Made by a program: the position numbers and the translations under genes. The notes under the pieces are model-generated. The model had not been told where the DNA came from. It searched no databases and worked only from the letters and a program-made list of their open reading frames with translations. Shown one piece after another: positions 26,891 to 41,800 of a DNA stretch of 64,000 bases. Positions within the stretch are counted from its first letter, which is position 1; the number at the start of each line of letters is the position of its first letter. Source of the stretch: Eledone cirrhosa (taxonomy: Eukaryota); contig CAXHJY010001472.1 of the NCBI GenBank assembly GCA_964016885.1, forward strand, positions 930,001 through 994,000. Reading direction: 5' to 3'.

Positions 26891-29800
26891 TCTCCCCTTC
26901 GCTGGCTGGAAATTATCTCCCCTTGGACGCTGGAAATTATAGCCCCTTGGAAGGCTGGAAATTATCTTCCCTTGGACGGCTGGAAATTATCTCCCCTTGA
27001 ATTTTTTTTACAAATTATCTTCCCCTGATTTTTTTTTTTACAAATTATCTCCCCCTGATTTTTTTTAACAAATTATCTCCCCTTGGACGGCTGGAAATTA
27101 TCTCCCCTTGGACGGCTGGAAATTATCTCCCCTTGGACGGCTAGAAATTACCTCTCCTTGGACGGCTGAAAATTATCTCCCCTTGGACGGCTGCAAATTA
27201 TCTCCCCTTGATTTTTTTTACAAATTATCTCCCCTTGATTTTTTTTACAAATTATCTCCCCCTGATTTTTTTTACAAATTATCTTCCCTTGGACGGCTGG
27301 AAATTATCTCCCCTTGGAAGGATGGAAATTATCTCCCCTTGGACGGCTGGAAATTATCTCCCCTTGCACGGCTGGAAATTATCTCCCCTTGGACAGCTGG
27401 AAATTATCTGCCCTTGATTTTGTTTTTACAAATTATCTCCCCCTGATTTTTTTTACAAATTATCTCCACCTGATTTTTTTAAAAATTATCTCCCCTTGGA
27501 CGGCTGGAAATTATCTCCCCTTGGCTGGAAATTATCTCCCCTTGGACGGCTAGAAATTATCTCTCTTTGGACGGCTGGAAATTATCTCCCTTTGATTTTT
27601 TTAACAAATTATCTCCCTCTGATTTTTTTTACAAATCTCCCCCTGATTTTTTTAAAAAAATTATCTCCCCTTCGCTGGCTGGAAATTATCTCCCCTTGGA
27701 CACTGGAAATTATAGCCCCCTGGAGGGCTGGAAATTATCTTCCCTTGGACAGCTGGAAATTATCTCCCCTTGATTTTTTTTACAAATTATCTCCCCCTGA
27801 TTTTTTTTTACAAATTATCTCCCCCTGATTTTTTTTACAAATTATCTCCCCCTGATTTTTTTTTACAAATTATCTCCCCCTGATATTTTTTTTACAAATT
27901 ATCTCCGCCTGATTTTTAAAAAAAAATTATCTCCCCTTGGACGGCTGGAAATTATCTCCCCTTGGACGGCTGGAAATTATCTCCCCTTGGACGGCTAGAA
28001 ATTACCTCTCCTTGGACGGCTGAAAATTATCTCCCCTTGGACGGCTGCAAATTATCTCCCCTTGATTTTTTTTACAAATTATCTCCCCCTGATTTTTTTT
28101 TTACAAATTATCTCCCCCTGATTTTTTTTTTACAAATCTCCGCCTGATTTTTAAAAAAAATTATCTCCCCTTGGACGGCTGGAAATGATCTCCCCTTGGA
28201 CGGCTGGAAATTATCTTCCCTTGGACGGCTAGAAATTACCTCTCCTTGGACGGCTGAAAATTATCTCCCCTTGGACGGCTGGAAATTATCTCCCCTTGAT
28301 TTTTTTACAAATTATCTGCCTCTGATTTTTTTTTTACAAATTATCTCCCCCTGATTTTTTTAAAAATGATCTCCCCTTGGACGGCTGGAAATGATCTCCC
28401 CTTGGCTGGTTGGAAATTATCTCCCCTTGGACCGCTAGAAATAATCTCTCCTTGGACGGCTGGAAATTATCTCCCCTTGATTTTTTTTACAAATCTCCCC
28501 CTAATTTAAAAAAAAATTATCTCCCCTTCGCTGGCTGGAAATTATCTCCCTTTGGACGGCTGGAAATTATAGCCCCTTGTAGGGCTGGAAATTATCTCCC
28601 CTTGGACGGCTGGAAATTATCTCCCCTTGATTTTCTTTACAAATTATCTCCCCCTGACTTTTTTAAAAATGATCTCCCCTTGGACGGCTGGAAATGATCT
28701 CCCCTTGGCTGGTTGGAAATTTTCTCCCCTTGGACCGCTAGAAATTATCTCTCCTTGGACGGCTGGAAATTATCTCCCCTTGATTTTTTTACAAATTATC
28801 TCCCCCTGATTTTTTTTACAAATCTCCCCCTGATTTTTTTAAAAAAATTATCTCCCCTTCGCTGACTGGAAATTATCTCCCCTTGGACACTGGAAATTAT
28901 AGCCCCCTGGAGGGCTGGAAATTATCTTCCCTTGGACGGCTGGAAATTATCTCCCCTTGATTTTTTTTACAAATTATCTCCCCCTGATTTTTTTTTTACA
29001 AATTATCTCCCCCTGATTTTTTTTACAAATTATCTCCCCCTGATTTTTTTACAAATTATCTCCGCCTGATTTTTTTAAAAATTATCTTCCCTTGGCTGGC
29101 GGGAAATTATCTCCCCTTGGACGGCTGGAAATTATCTCCCCTTGGAAGGATGGAAATTATCTCCCCTTGGACAGCTGGAAATTATCTCCCCTTGGACGGC
29201 TGAAAATTATCTCCCCTTGATTTTTTTTTTACAAATTATCTCCCCCTGATTTTTTTTTACAAATTATCTCCCCCTGATTTTTTTTTTACAAATTATCTCT
29301 CCCTGATTTTTTTTTACAAATATCTCCCCTTGGCTGGCTGGAAATTATCTCCCCTTGGACGGTTGGAAATTATCTCCCCTTGGACGGCTGGAAATTATCT
29401 CCCCTTGGACGGCTGGAAATTATCTCCTCTTGGACGGCTGGAAATTATCTCCCCTTGGACGGCTGGAAATTATCTGCCCTTGATTTTTTTTTACAAATTA
29501 TCTCCCCCTGATTTTTTTAAAAATGATCTCCCCTTGGACGGCTGGAAATGATCTCCCCTTGGCTGGTTGGAAATTATCTCCCCTTGGACCGCTAGAAATT
29601 ATCTCTCCTTGGACGGCTGGAAATTATCTCCCCTTGATTTTTTTACAAATTATCTCGTCCTGATTTTTTTTACAAATCTCCCAGTGATTTTAAAAAAAAA
29701 ATTATCTCCCCTTCGCTGGCTGGAAATTATCTCACCTTGGACGCTGGAAATTATAGCCCCTTGGAGGGCTGGAAATTATCTTCACTTGGACGGCTGGAAA

Positions 29801-32800
29801 TTATGTCCCCTTGATTTTTTTTACAAATTATCTCCCCCTGATTTTTTTTTACAAATTATCTCCCCCGGATTTTTTTTTATAAATTATCTCCCCCTGATTT
29901 TTTTTAACAAATTATCTCCGCCTGATTTTTAAAAAAAAATTATCTCCCCTTAGACGGCTGGAAATTATCTCCCCTTGGACGGCTGGAAATTATCTCCCCT
30001 TGGACGGCTAGAAATTGGACGGCTGAAAATTATCTCCCCTTGGACGGCTGCAAATTATCTCCCCTTGATTTTTTTTACAAATTATCTCCCCCTGATTTTT
30101 TTTTACAAATTATCTCCCCCTGATTTTTTTTTACAAATTATCTCCCCCTGATTTTTTTTTACAAATTATCTACCCCTGATTTTTTTTTACAAATTATCTC
30201 CCCCTGATTTTTTTTTACAAATTATCTCCCCCTGATTTTTTTTTACAAATTATCTCCCCCTGATTTTTTTTTTACAAATTATCTCCCCCTGATTTTTTTA
30301 CAAATTATCTCCCCCTGATTTTTTTTACAATCTCCGCCTGATTTTTTAAAAAATGATCTCCCCTTGGACGGCTGGAAATGATCTCCCCTTGGCTGGTTGG
30401 AAATTATCTCCCCTTGGACCGCTAGAAATTATCTCTCCTTGGACGGCTGGAAATTATCTCCCCTTGATTTTTTTACAAATTATCTCCCCCTGATTTTTTT
30501 TACAAATCTCCCAGTGATTTTTTAAAAAAAATTATCTCCCCTTCGCTGGCTGGAAATTATCTCCCCTTGGACGCTGGAAATTATAGCCCCCTTGGAGGGC
30601 TGGAAATTATCTTCCCTTGGACGGCTGGAAATTATCTCCCCTTGATTTTTTTTACAAATTATCTCCCCCTGATTTTTTTTTACAAATTATCTCCGCCTGA
30701 TTTTTAAAAAAAATTATCTCCCCTTGGACGGCTGGAATTATCTCCACTTGGACGGCTGGAAATTATCTCCCCTTGGACGGCTAGAAATTACCTCTCCTTG
30801 GACGGCTGAAAATTATCTCCCCTTGGACGGCTGCAAATTATCTCCCCTTGATTTTTTTTACAAATTATCTCCCCCTGATTTTTTTTTACAAATTATCTAC
30901 CCCTGATTTTTTTTACAAATTATCTCCCCCTGATTTTTTTTTACAAATTATCTCCCCCTGATTTTTTTACAAATTATCTCCCCCTGATTTTTTTTACAAT
31001 CTCCGCCTGATTTTTTAAAAAATAATCTTCCCTTGGCTGGCGGGAAATTATCTCCCCTTGGACGGCTGGAAATTATCTCCCCTTGGAAGGATAGAAATTA
31101 TCTCCCCTTGGACGGCTGGAAATTATCTCCCCTTGCACGGCTGGAAATTATCTCCCCTTGGACAGCTGGAAATTATCTGCCCTTGATTTTGTTTTTACAA
31201 ATTATCTCCCCCTGATTTTTTTTACAAATTATCTCCACCTGATTTTTTAAAAAATTATCTCCCCTTGGACGGCTGGAAATTATCTCCCCTTGGCTGGAAA
31301 TTATCTCCCCTTGGACGGCTAGAAATTATCTCTCTTTGGACGGCTGGAAATTATCTCCCTTTGATTTTTTTTACAAATTATCTCCCTCTGATTTTTTTTA
31401 CAAATCTCCCCCTGATTTTTAAAAAAAAATTATCTCCCCTTCGCTGGCTGGAAATTATCTCCCCTTGGACACTGGAAATTATAGCCCCTTGGAGGGCTGG
31501 AAATTATCTTCCCTTGGACGGCTGGAAATTATCTCCCCTTGATTTTTTTTACAAATTATCTCCCCCTGATATTTTTTTTACAAATTATCTCCCCCTGATT
31601 TTTTTACAAATTATCTCCCCCTGATTTTTTTTACAAATTATCTCCGCCTGATTTTTTTAAATATTATCTTCCCTTGGCTGGCGGGAAATTATCTCCCCTT
31701 GGACGGCTGGAAATTATCTCCCCTTGGAAGGATGGAAATTATCTCCCCTTGGACGGCTGGAAATTATCTCCCCTTGCACGGCTGGAAATTATCTCCCCTT
31801 GGACAGCTGGAAATTATCTGCCCTTGATTTGGTTTTTACAAATTATGTTCCCCTGATTTTTTTTACAAATTATCTCCACCTGATTTTTTAAAAAATTATC
31901 TCCCCTTGGACGGCTGGAAATTATCTCCCCTTGGTTGGAAATTATCTCCCCTTGGACGGCTAGAAATTATCTCTGTTTGGACGGCTGGAAATTATCTCCC
32001 TTTGATTTTTTTAACAAATTATCTCCCTCTGATTTTTTTTACAAATCTCCCCCTGATTTTTTTAAAAAAATTATCTCCCCTTCGCTGACTGGAAATTATC
32101 TCCCCTTGGACACTGGAAATTATAGCCCCCTGGAGGGCTGGAAATTATCTTCCCTTGGACGGCTGGAAATTATCTCCCCTTGATTTTTTTTACAAATTAT
32201 CTCCCCCTGATTTTTTTTTTACAAATTATCTCCCCCTGATTTTTTTTACAAATTATCTCCCCCTGATTTTTTTACAAATTATCTCCGCCTGATTTTTTTA
32301 AAAATTATCTTCCCTTGGCTGGCGGGAAATTATCTCCCCTTGGACGGCTGGAAATTATCTCCCCTTGGAAGGATGGAAATTATCTCCCCTTGGACAGCTG
32401 GAAATTATCTCCCCTTGGACGGCTGAAAATTATCTCCCCTTGATTTTTTTTTTACAAATTATCTCCCCCTGATTTTTTTTTACAAATTATCTCCCCCTGA
32501 TTTTTTTTTTACAAATTATCTCTCCCTGATTTTTTTTTACAAATATCTCCCCTTGGCTGGCTGGAAATTATCTCCCCTTGGACGGTTGGAAATTATCTCC
32601 CCTTGGACGGCTGGAAATTATCTCCCCTTGGACGGCTGGAAATTATCTCCTCTTGGACGGCTGGAAATTATCTCCCCTTGGACGGCTGGAAATTATCTGC
32701 CCTTGATTTTTTTTTACAAATTATCTCCCCCTGATTTTTTTAAAAATGATCTCCCCTTGGACGGCTGGAAATGATCTCCCCTTGGCTGGTTGGAAATTAT

Positions 32801-35800
32801 CTCCCCTTGGACCGCTAGAAATTATCTCTCCTTGGACGGCTGGAAATTATCTCCCCTTGATTTTTTTACAAATTATCTCGTCCTGATTTTTTTTACAAAT
32901 CTCCCAGTGATTTTTAAAAAAAAATTATCTCCCCTTCGCTGGCTGGAAATTATCTCACCTTGGACGCTGGAAATTATAGCCCCTTGGAGGGCTGGAAATT
33001 ATCTTCACTTGGACGGCTGGAAATTATCTCCCCTTGATTTTTTTTACAAATTATCTCCCCCTGATTTTTTTTTACAAATTATCTCCCCCGGATTTTTTTT
33101 TATAAATTATCTCCCCCTGATTTTTTTTAACAAATTATCTCCGCCTGATTTTTTAAAAAAAATTATCTCCCCTTAGACGGCTGGAAATTATCTCCCCTTG
33201 GACGGCTGGAAATTATCTCCCCTTGGACGGCTAGAAATTGGACGGCTGAAAATTATCTCCCCTTGGACGGCTGCAAATTATCTCCCCTTGATTTTTTTTA
33301 CAAATTATCTCCCCCTGATTTTTTTTTACAAATTATCTCCCCCTGATTTTTTTTTACAAATTATCTCCCCCTGATTTTTTTTTACAAATTATCTACCCCT
33401 GATTTTTTTTTACAAATTATCTCCCCCTGATTTTTTTTTACAAATTATCTCCCCCTGATTTTTTTTTACAAATTATCTCCCCCTGATTTTTTTTTTACAA
33501 ATTATCTCCCCCTGATTTTTTTACAAATTATCTCCCCCTGATTTTTTTTACAATCTCCGCCTGATTTTTTAAAAAATGATCTCCCCTTGGACGGCTGGAA
33601 ATGATCTCCCCTTGGCTGGTTGGAAATTATCTCCCCTTGGACCGCTAGAAATTATCTCTCCTTGGACGGCTGGAAATTATCTCCCCTTGATTTTTTTACA
33701 AATTATCTCCCCCTGATTTTTTTTACAAATCTCCCAGTGATTTTTAAAAAAAAATTATCTCCCCTTCGCTGGCTGGAAATTATCTCCCCTTGGACGCTGG
33801 AAATTATAGCCCCCTTGGAGGGCTGGAAATTATCTTCCCTTGGACGGCTGGAAATTATCTCCCCTTGATTTTTTTACAAATTATCTCCCCCTGATTTTTT
33901 TTTACAAATTATCTCCGCCTGATTTTTAAAAAAAAATTATCTCCCCTTGGACGGCTGGAATTATCTCCCCTTGGACGGCTGGAAATTATCTCCCCTTGGA
34001 CACTGGAAATTATAGCCCCTTGGAGGGCTGGAAATTATCTTCCCTTGGACGGCTGGAAATTATCTCCCCTTGATTTTTTTTACAAATTATCTCCCCCTGA
34101 TATTTTTTTTACAAATTATCTCCCCCTGATTTTTTTACAAATTATCTCCCCCTGATTTTTTTTACAAATTATCTCCGCCTGATTTTTTTAAATATTATCT
34201 TCCCTTGGCTGGCGGGAAATTATCTCCCCTTGGACGGTTGGAAATTATCTCCCCTTGCACTGCTGGAAATTATCTCCCCTTGGACGGCTGGAAATTATCT
34301 CCCCTTGCACGGCTGGAAATTATCATCCCCTTGGACGGCTGAAAATTATCTCCCCTTGATTTTTTTTTTCAAATTATCTGCCCCTGATTTTTTTTTACAA
34401 ATTATCTCCCCCTGATTTTTTTTTACAAATTATCTCCGCCTGATTTTTAAAAAAAAATTATCTCCCCTTAGACGGCTGGAAATTATCTCCCCTTGGACGG
34501 CTGGAAATTATCTCCCCTTGGACGGCTAGAAATTGGACGGCTGAAAATTATCTCCCCTTGGACGGCTGCAAATTATCTCCCCTTGATTTTTTTTACAAAT
34601 TATCTCCCCCTGATTTTTTTTTACAAATTATCTCCCCCTGATTTTTTTTTTACAAATTATCTCCCCCTGATTTTTTTACAAATTATCTCCCCCTGATTTT
34701 TTTTACAATCTCCGCCTGATTTTTTAAAAAATTATCTTCCCTTGGCTGGCGGGAAATTATCTCCCCTTGGACGGCTGGAAATTATCTCCCCTTGGCTGGA
34801 AATTATCTCCCCTTGGACACTGGAAATTATAGCCCCTTGGAGGGCTGGAAATTATCTTCCCTTGGACGGCTGGAAATTATCTCCCCTTGATTTTTTTACA
34901 AATTATCTGCCCCTGATTTTTTTTTACAAATTATCTCCCCCTGATTTTTTTTTACAAATTATCTACCCCTGATTTTTTTTACAAATTATCTCCCCCTGAT
35001 TTTTTTTTTACAAATTATCTCCCCCTGATTTTTTTAAAAATGATCTCCCCTTGGACGGCTGGAAATGATCTCCCCTTGGCTGGTTGGAAATTATCTCCCC
35101 TTGGACCGCTAGAAATTATCTCTCCTTGGATGGCTGGAAATTATCTCCCCTTGATTTTTCTACAAATTATCTCCCCCTGATTTTTTTTACAAATCTCGCA
35201 GTGATTTTTAAAAAAAATTTTCTCCCCTTCGCTGGCTGGAAATTATCTCCCCTTGGACGCTGGAAATTATAGCCCCTTGGAAGGCTGGAAATTATCTTCC
35301 CTTGGACGGCTGGAAATTATCTCCCCTTGAATTTTTTTTACAAATTATCTTCCCCTGATTTTTTTTTTTACAAATTATCTCCCCCTGATTTTTTTTTACA
35401 AATTATCTCCGCCTGATTTTTAAAAAAAAATTATCTCCCCTTAGACGGCTGGAAATTATCTCCCCTTGGACGGCTGGAAATTATCTCCCCTTGGACGGCT
35501 AGAAATTGGACGGCTGAAAATTATCTCCCCTTGGACGGCTGCAAATTATCTCCCCTTGATTTTTTTTACAAATTATCTCCCCCTGATTTTTTTTTACAAA
35601 TTATCTCCCCCTGATTTTTTTTTTACAAATTATCTCCCCCTGATTTTTTTACAAATTATCTCCCCCTGATTTTTTTTACAATCTCCGCCTGATTTTTTAA
35701 AAAATTATCTTCCCTTGGCTGGCGGGAAATTATCTCCCCTTGGACGGCTGGAAATTATCTCCCCTTGGCTGGAAATTATCTCCCCTTGGACACTGGAAAT

Positions 35801-38800
35801 TATAGCCCCTTGGAGGGCTGGAAATTATCTTCCCTTGGACGGCTGGAAATTATCTCCCCTTGATTTTTTTACAAATTATCTGCCCCTGATTTTTTTTTAC
35901 AAATTATCTCCCCCTGATTTTTTTTTACAAATTATCTACCCCTGATTTTTTTTACAAATTATCTCCCCCTGATTTTTTTTTTACAAATTATCTCCCCCTG
36001 ATTTTTTTAAAAATGATCTCCCCTTGGACGGCTGGAAATGATCTCCCCTTGGCTGGTTGGAAATTATCTCCCCTTGGACCGCTAGAAATTATCTCTCCTT
36101 GGATGGCTGGAAATTATCTCCCCTTGATTTTTCTACAAATTATCTCCCCCTGATTTTTTTTACAAATCTCGCAGTGATTTTTAAAAAAAATTTTCTCCCC
36201 TTCGCTGGCTGGAAATTATCTCCCCTTGGACGCTGGAAATTATAGCCCCTTGGAAGGCTGGAAATTATCTTCCCTTGGACGGCTGGAAATTATCTCCCCT
36301 TGAATTTTTTTTACAAATTATCTTCCCCTGATTTTTTTTTTTACAAATTATCTCCCCCTGATTTTTTTTAACAAATTATCTCCCCTTGGACGGCTGGAAA
36401 TTATCTCCCCTTGGACGGCTGGAAATTATCTCCCCTTGGACGGCTAGAAATTACCTCTCCTTGGACGGCTGAAAATTATCTCCCCTTGGACGGCTGCAAA
36501 TTATCTCCCCTTGATTTTTTTTACAAATTATCTCCCCTTGATTTTTTTTACAAATTATCTCCCCCTGATTTTTTTTACAAATTATCTTCCCTTGGACGGC
36601 TGGAAATTATCTCCCCTTGGAAGGATGGAAATTATCTCCCCTTGGACGGCTGGAAATTATCTCCCCTTGCACGGCTGGAAATTATCTCCCCTTGGACAGC
36701 TGGAAATTATCTGCCCTTGATTTTGTTTTTACAAATTATCTCCCCCTGATTTTTTTTACAAATTATCTCCACCTGATTTTTTTAAAAATTATCTCCCCTT
36801 GGACGGCTGGAAATTATCTCCCCTTGGCTGGAAATTATCTCCCCTTGGACGGCTAGAAATTATCTCTCTTTGGACGGCTGGAAATTATCTCCCTTTGATT
36901 TTTTTAACAAATTATCTCCCTCTGATTTTTTTTACAAATCTCCCCCTGATTTTTTTAAAAAAATTATCTCCCCTTCGCTGGCTGGAAATTATCTCCCCTT
37001 GGACACTGGAAATTATAGCCCCCTGGAGGGCTGGAAATTATCTTCCCTTGGACAGCTGGAAATTATCTCCCCTTGATTTTTTTTACAAATTATCTCCCCC
37101 TGATTTTTTTTTACAAATTATCTCCCCCTGATTTTTTTTACAAATTATCTCCCCCTGATTTTTTTTTACAAATTATCTCCCCCTGATATTTTTTTTACAA
37201 ATTATCTCCGCCTGATTTTTAAAAAAAAATTATCTCCCCTTGGACGGCTGGAAATTATCTCCCCTTGGACGGCTGGAAATTATCTCCCCTTGGACGGCTA
37301 GAAATTACCTCTCCTTGGACGGCTGAAAATTATCTCCCCTTGGACGGCTGCAAATTATCTCCCCTTGATTTTTTTTACAAATTATCTCCCCCTGATTTTT
37401 TTTTTACAAATTATCTCCCCCTGATTTTTTTTTTACAAATCTCCGCCTGATTTTTAAAAAAAATTATCTCCCCTTGGACGGCTGGAAATTATCTCCCCTT
37501 GGACGGCTGGAAATTATCTTCCCTTGGACGGCTAGAAATTACCTCTCCTTGGACGGCTGAAAATTATCTCCCCTTGGACGGCTGGAAATTATCTCCCCTT
37601 GATTTTTTTACAAATTATCTGCCCCTGATTTTTTTTTTACAAATTATCTCCCCCTGATTTTTTTAAAAATGATCTCCCCTTGGACGGCTGGAAATGATCT
37701 CCCCTTGGCTGGTTGGAAATTATCTCCCCTTGGACCGCTAGAAATAATCTCTCCTTGGACGGCTGGAAATTATCTCCCCTTGATTTTTTTTACAAATCTC
37801 CCCCTAATTTAAAAAAAAATTATCTCCCCTTCGCTGGCTGGAAATTATCTCCCTTTGGACGGCTGGAAATTATAGCCCCTTGTAGGGCTGGAAATTATCT
37901 CCCCTTGGACGGCTGGAAATTATCTCCCCTTGATTTTCTTTACAAATTATCTCCCCCTGACTTTTTTAAAAATGATCTCCCCTTGGACGGCTGGAAATGA
38001 TCTCCCCTTGGCTGGTTGGAAATTTTCTCCCCTTGGACCGCTAGAAATTATCTCTCCTTGGACGGCTGGAAATTATCTCCCCTTGATTTTTTTACAAATT
38101 ATCTCCCCCTGATTTTTTTTACAAATCTCCCCCTGATTTTTTTAAAAAAATTATCTCCCCTTCGCTGACTGGAAATTATCTCCCCTTGGACACTGGAAAT
38201 TATAGCCCCCTGGAGGGCTGGAAATTATCTTCCCTTGGACGGCTGGAAATTATCTCCCCTTGATTTTTTTTACAAATTATCTCCCCCTGATTTTTTTTTT
38301 ACAAATTATCTCCCCCTGATTTTTTTTACAAATTATCTCCCCCTGATTTTTTTACAAATTATCTCCGCCTGATTTTTTTAAAAATTATCTTCCCTTGGCT
38401 GGCGGGAAATTATCTCCCCTTGGACGGCTGGAAATTATCTCCCCTTGGAAGGATGGAAATTATCTCCCCTTGGACAGCTGGAAATTATCTCCCCTTGGAC
38501 GGCTGAAAATTATCTCCCCTTGATTTTTTTTTACAAATTATCTCCCCCTGATTTTTTTTTACAAATTATCTCCCCCTGATTTTTTTTTTACAAATTATCT
38601 CTCCCTGATTTTTTTTTACAAATATCTCCCCTTGGCTGGCTGGAAATTATCTCCCCTTGGACGGTTGGAAATTATCTCCCCTTGGACGGCTGGAAATTAT
38701 CTCCCCTTGGACGGCTGGAAATTATCTCCTCTTGGACGGCTGGAAATTATCTCCCCTTGGACGGCTGGAAATTATCTGCCCTTGATTTTTTTTTACAAAT

Positions 38801-41800
38801 TATCTCCCCCTGATTTTTTTAAAAATGATCTCCCCTTGGACGGCTGGAAATGATCTCCCCTTGGCTGGTTGGAAATTATCTCCCCTTGGACCGCTAGAAA
38901 TTATCTCTCCTTGGACGGCTGGAAATTATCTCCCCTTGATTTTTTTACAAATTATCTCGTCCTGATTTTTTTTACAAATCTCCCAGTGATTTTTAAAATA
39001 AAATTATCTCCCCTTCGCTGGCTGGAAATTATCTCACCTTGGACGCTGGAAATTATAGCCCCTTGGAGGGCTGGAAATTATCTTCACTTGGACGGCTGGA
39101 AATTATCTCCCCTTGATTTTTTTTACAAATTATCTCCCCCTGATTTTTTTTTACAAATTATCTCCCCCGGATTTTTTTTTATAAATTATCTCCCCCTGAT
39201 TTTTTTTAACAAATTATCTCCGCCTGATTTTTTAAAAAAAATTATCTCCCCTTAGACGGCTGGAAATTATCTCCCCTTGGACGGCTGGAAATTATCTCCC
39301 CTTGGACGGCTAGAAATTGGACGGCTGAAAATTATCTCCCCTTGGACGGCTGCAAATTATCTCCCCTTGATTTTTTTTACAAATTATCTCCCCCTGATTT
39401 TTTTTTACAAATTATCTCCCCCTGATTTTTTTTTACAAATTATCTCCCCCTGATTTTTTTTTACAAATTATCTACCCCTGATTTTTTTTTACAAATTATC
39501 TCCCCCTGATTTTTTTTTACAAATTATCTCCCCCTGATTTTTTTTTACAAATTATCTCCCCCTGATTTTTTTTTTACAAATTATCTCCCCCTGATTTTTT
39601 TACAAATTATCTCCCCCTGATTTTTTTTACAATCTCCGCCTGATTTTTTAAAAAATGATCTCCCCTTGGACGGCTGGAAATGATCTCCCCTTGGCTGGTT
39701 GGAAATTATCTCCCCTTGGACCGCTAGAAATTATCTCTCCTTGGACGGCTGGAAATTATCTCCCCTTGATTTTTTTACAAATTATCTCCCCCTGATTTTT
39801 TTTACAAATCTCCCAGTGATTTTTAAAAAAAAATTATCTCCCCTTCGCTGGCTGGAAATTATCTCCCCTTGGACGCTGGAAATTATAGCCCCCTTGGAGG
39901 GCTGGAAATTATCTTCCCTTGGACGGCTGGAAATTATCTCCCCTTGATTTTTTTACAAATTATCTCCCCCTGATTTTTTTTTACAAATTATCTCCGCCTG
40001 ATTTTTAAAAAAAAATTATCTCCCCTTGGACGGCTGGAATTATCTCCCCTTGGACGGCTGGAAATTATCTCCCCTTGGACGGCTAGAAATTACCTCTCCT
40101 TGGACGGCTGAAAATTATCTCCCCTTGGACGGCTGCAAATTATCTCCCCTTGATTTTTTTTACAAATTATCTCCCCCTGATTTTTTTTTACAAATTATCT
40201 ACCCCTGATTTTTTTTACAAATTATCTCCCCCTGATTTTTTTTTACAAATTATCTCCCCCTGATTTTTTTTTACAAATTATCTCCCCCTGATTTTTTTAC
40301 AAATTATCTCCCCCTGATTTTTTTTACAATCTCCGCCTGATTTTTTAAAAAATAATCTTCCCTTGGCTGGCGGGAAATTATCTCCCCTTGGACGGCTGGA
40401 AATTATCTCCCCTTGGAAGGATAGAAATTATCTCCCCTTGGACGGCTGGAAATTATCTCCCCTTGCACGGCTGGAAATTATCTCCCCTTGGACAGCTGGA
40501 AATTATCTGCCCTTGATTTTGTTTTTACAAATTATCTCCCCCTGATTTTTTTTACAAATTATCTCCACCTGATTTTTTAAAAAATTATCTCCCCTTGGAC
40601 GGCTGGAAATTATCTCCCCTTGGCTGGAAATTATCTCCCCTTGGACGGCTAGAAATTATCTCTCTTTGGACGGCTGGAAATTATCTCCCTTTGATTTTTT
40701 TTACAAATTATCTCCCTCTGATTTTTTTTACAAATCTCCCCCTGATTTTTAAAAAAAAATTATCTCCCCTTCGCTGGCTGGAAATTATCTCCCCTTGGAC
40801 ACTGGAAATTATAGCCCCTTGGAGGGCTGGAAATTATCTTCCCTTGGACGGCTGGAAATTATCTCCCCTTGATTTTTTTTACAAATTATCTCCCCCTGAT
40901 ATTTTTTTTACAAATTATCTCCCCCTGATTTTTTTACAAATTATCTCCCCCTGATTTTTTTTACAAATTATCTCCGCCTGATTTTTTTAAATATTATCTT
41001 CCCTTGGCTGGCGGGAAATTATCTCCCCTTGGACGGTTGGAAATTATCTCCCCTTGCACTGCTGGAAATTATCTCCCCTTGGACGGCTGGAAATTATCTC
41101 CCCTTGCACGGCTGGAAATTATCATCCCCTTGGACGGCTGAAAATTATCTCCCCTTGATTTTTTTTTACAAATTATCTGCCCCTGATTTTTTTTTACAAA
41201 TTATCTCCCCCTGATTTTTTTTACAAATTATCTCCGCCTGATTTTTAAAAAAAAATTATCTCCCCTTAGACGGCTGGAAATTATCTCCCCTTGGACGGCT
41301 GGAAATTATCTCCCCTTGGACGGCTAGAAATTGGACGGCTGAAAATTATCTCCCCTTGGACGGCTGCAAATTATCTCCCCTTGATTTTTTTTACAAATTA
41401 TCTCCCCCTGATTTTTTTTTACAAATTATCTCCCCCTGATTTTTTTTTTACAAATTATCTCCCCCTGATTTTTTTACAAATTATCTCCCCCTGATTTTTT
41501 TTACAATCTCCGCCTGATTTTTTAAAAAATTATCTTCCCTTGGCTGGCGGGAAATTATCTCCCCTTGGACGGCTGGAAATTATCTCCCCTTGGCTGGAAA
41601 TTATCTCCCCTTGGACACTGGAAATTATAGCCCCTTGGAGGGCTGGAAATTATCTTCCCTTGGACGGCTGGAAATTATCTCCCCTTGATTTTTTTACAAA
41701 TTATCTGCCCCTGATTTTTTTTTACAAATTATCTCCCCCTGATTTTTTTTTACAAATTATCTACCCCTGATTTTTTTTACAAATTATCTCCCCCTGATTT

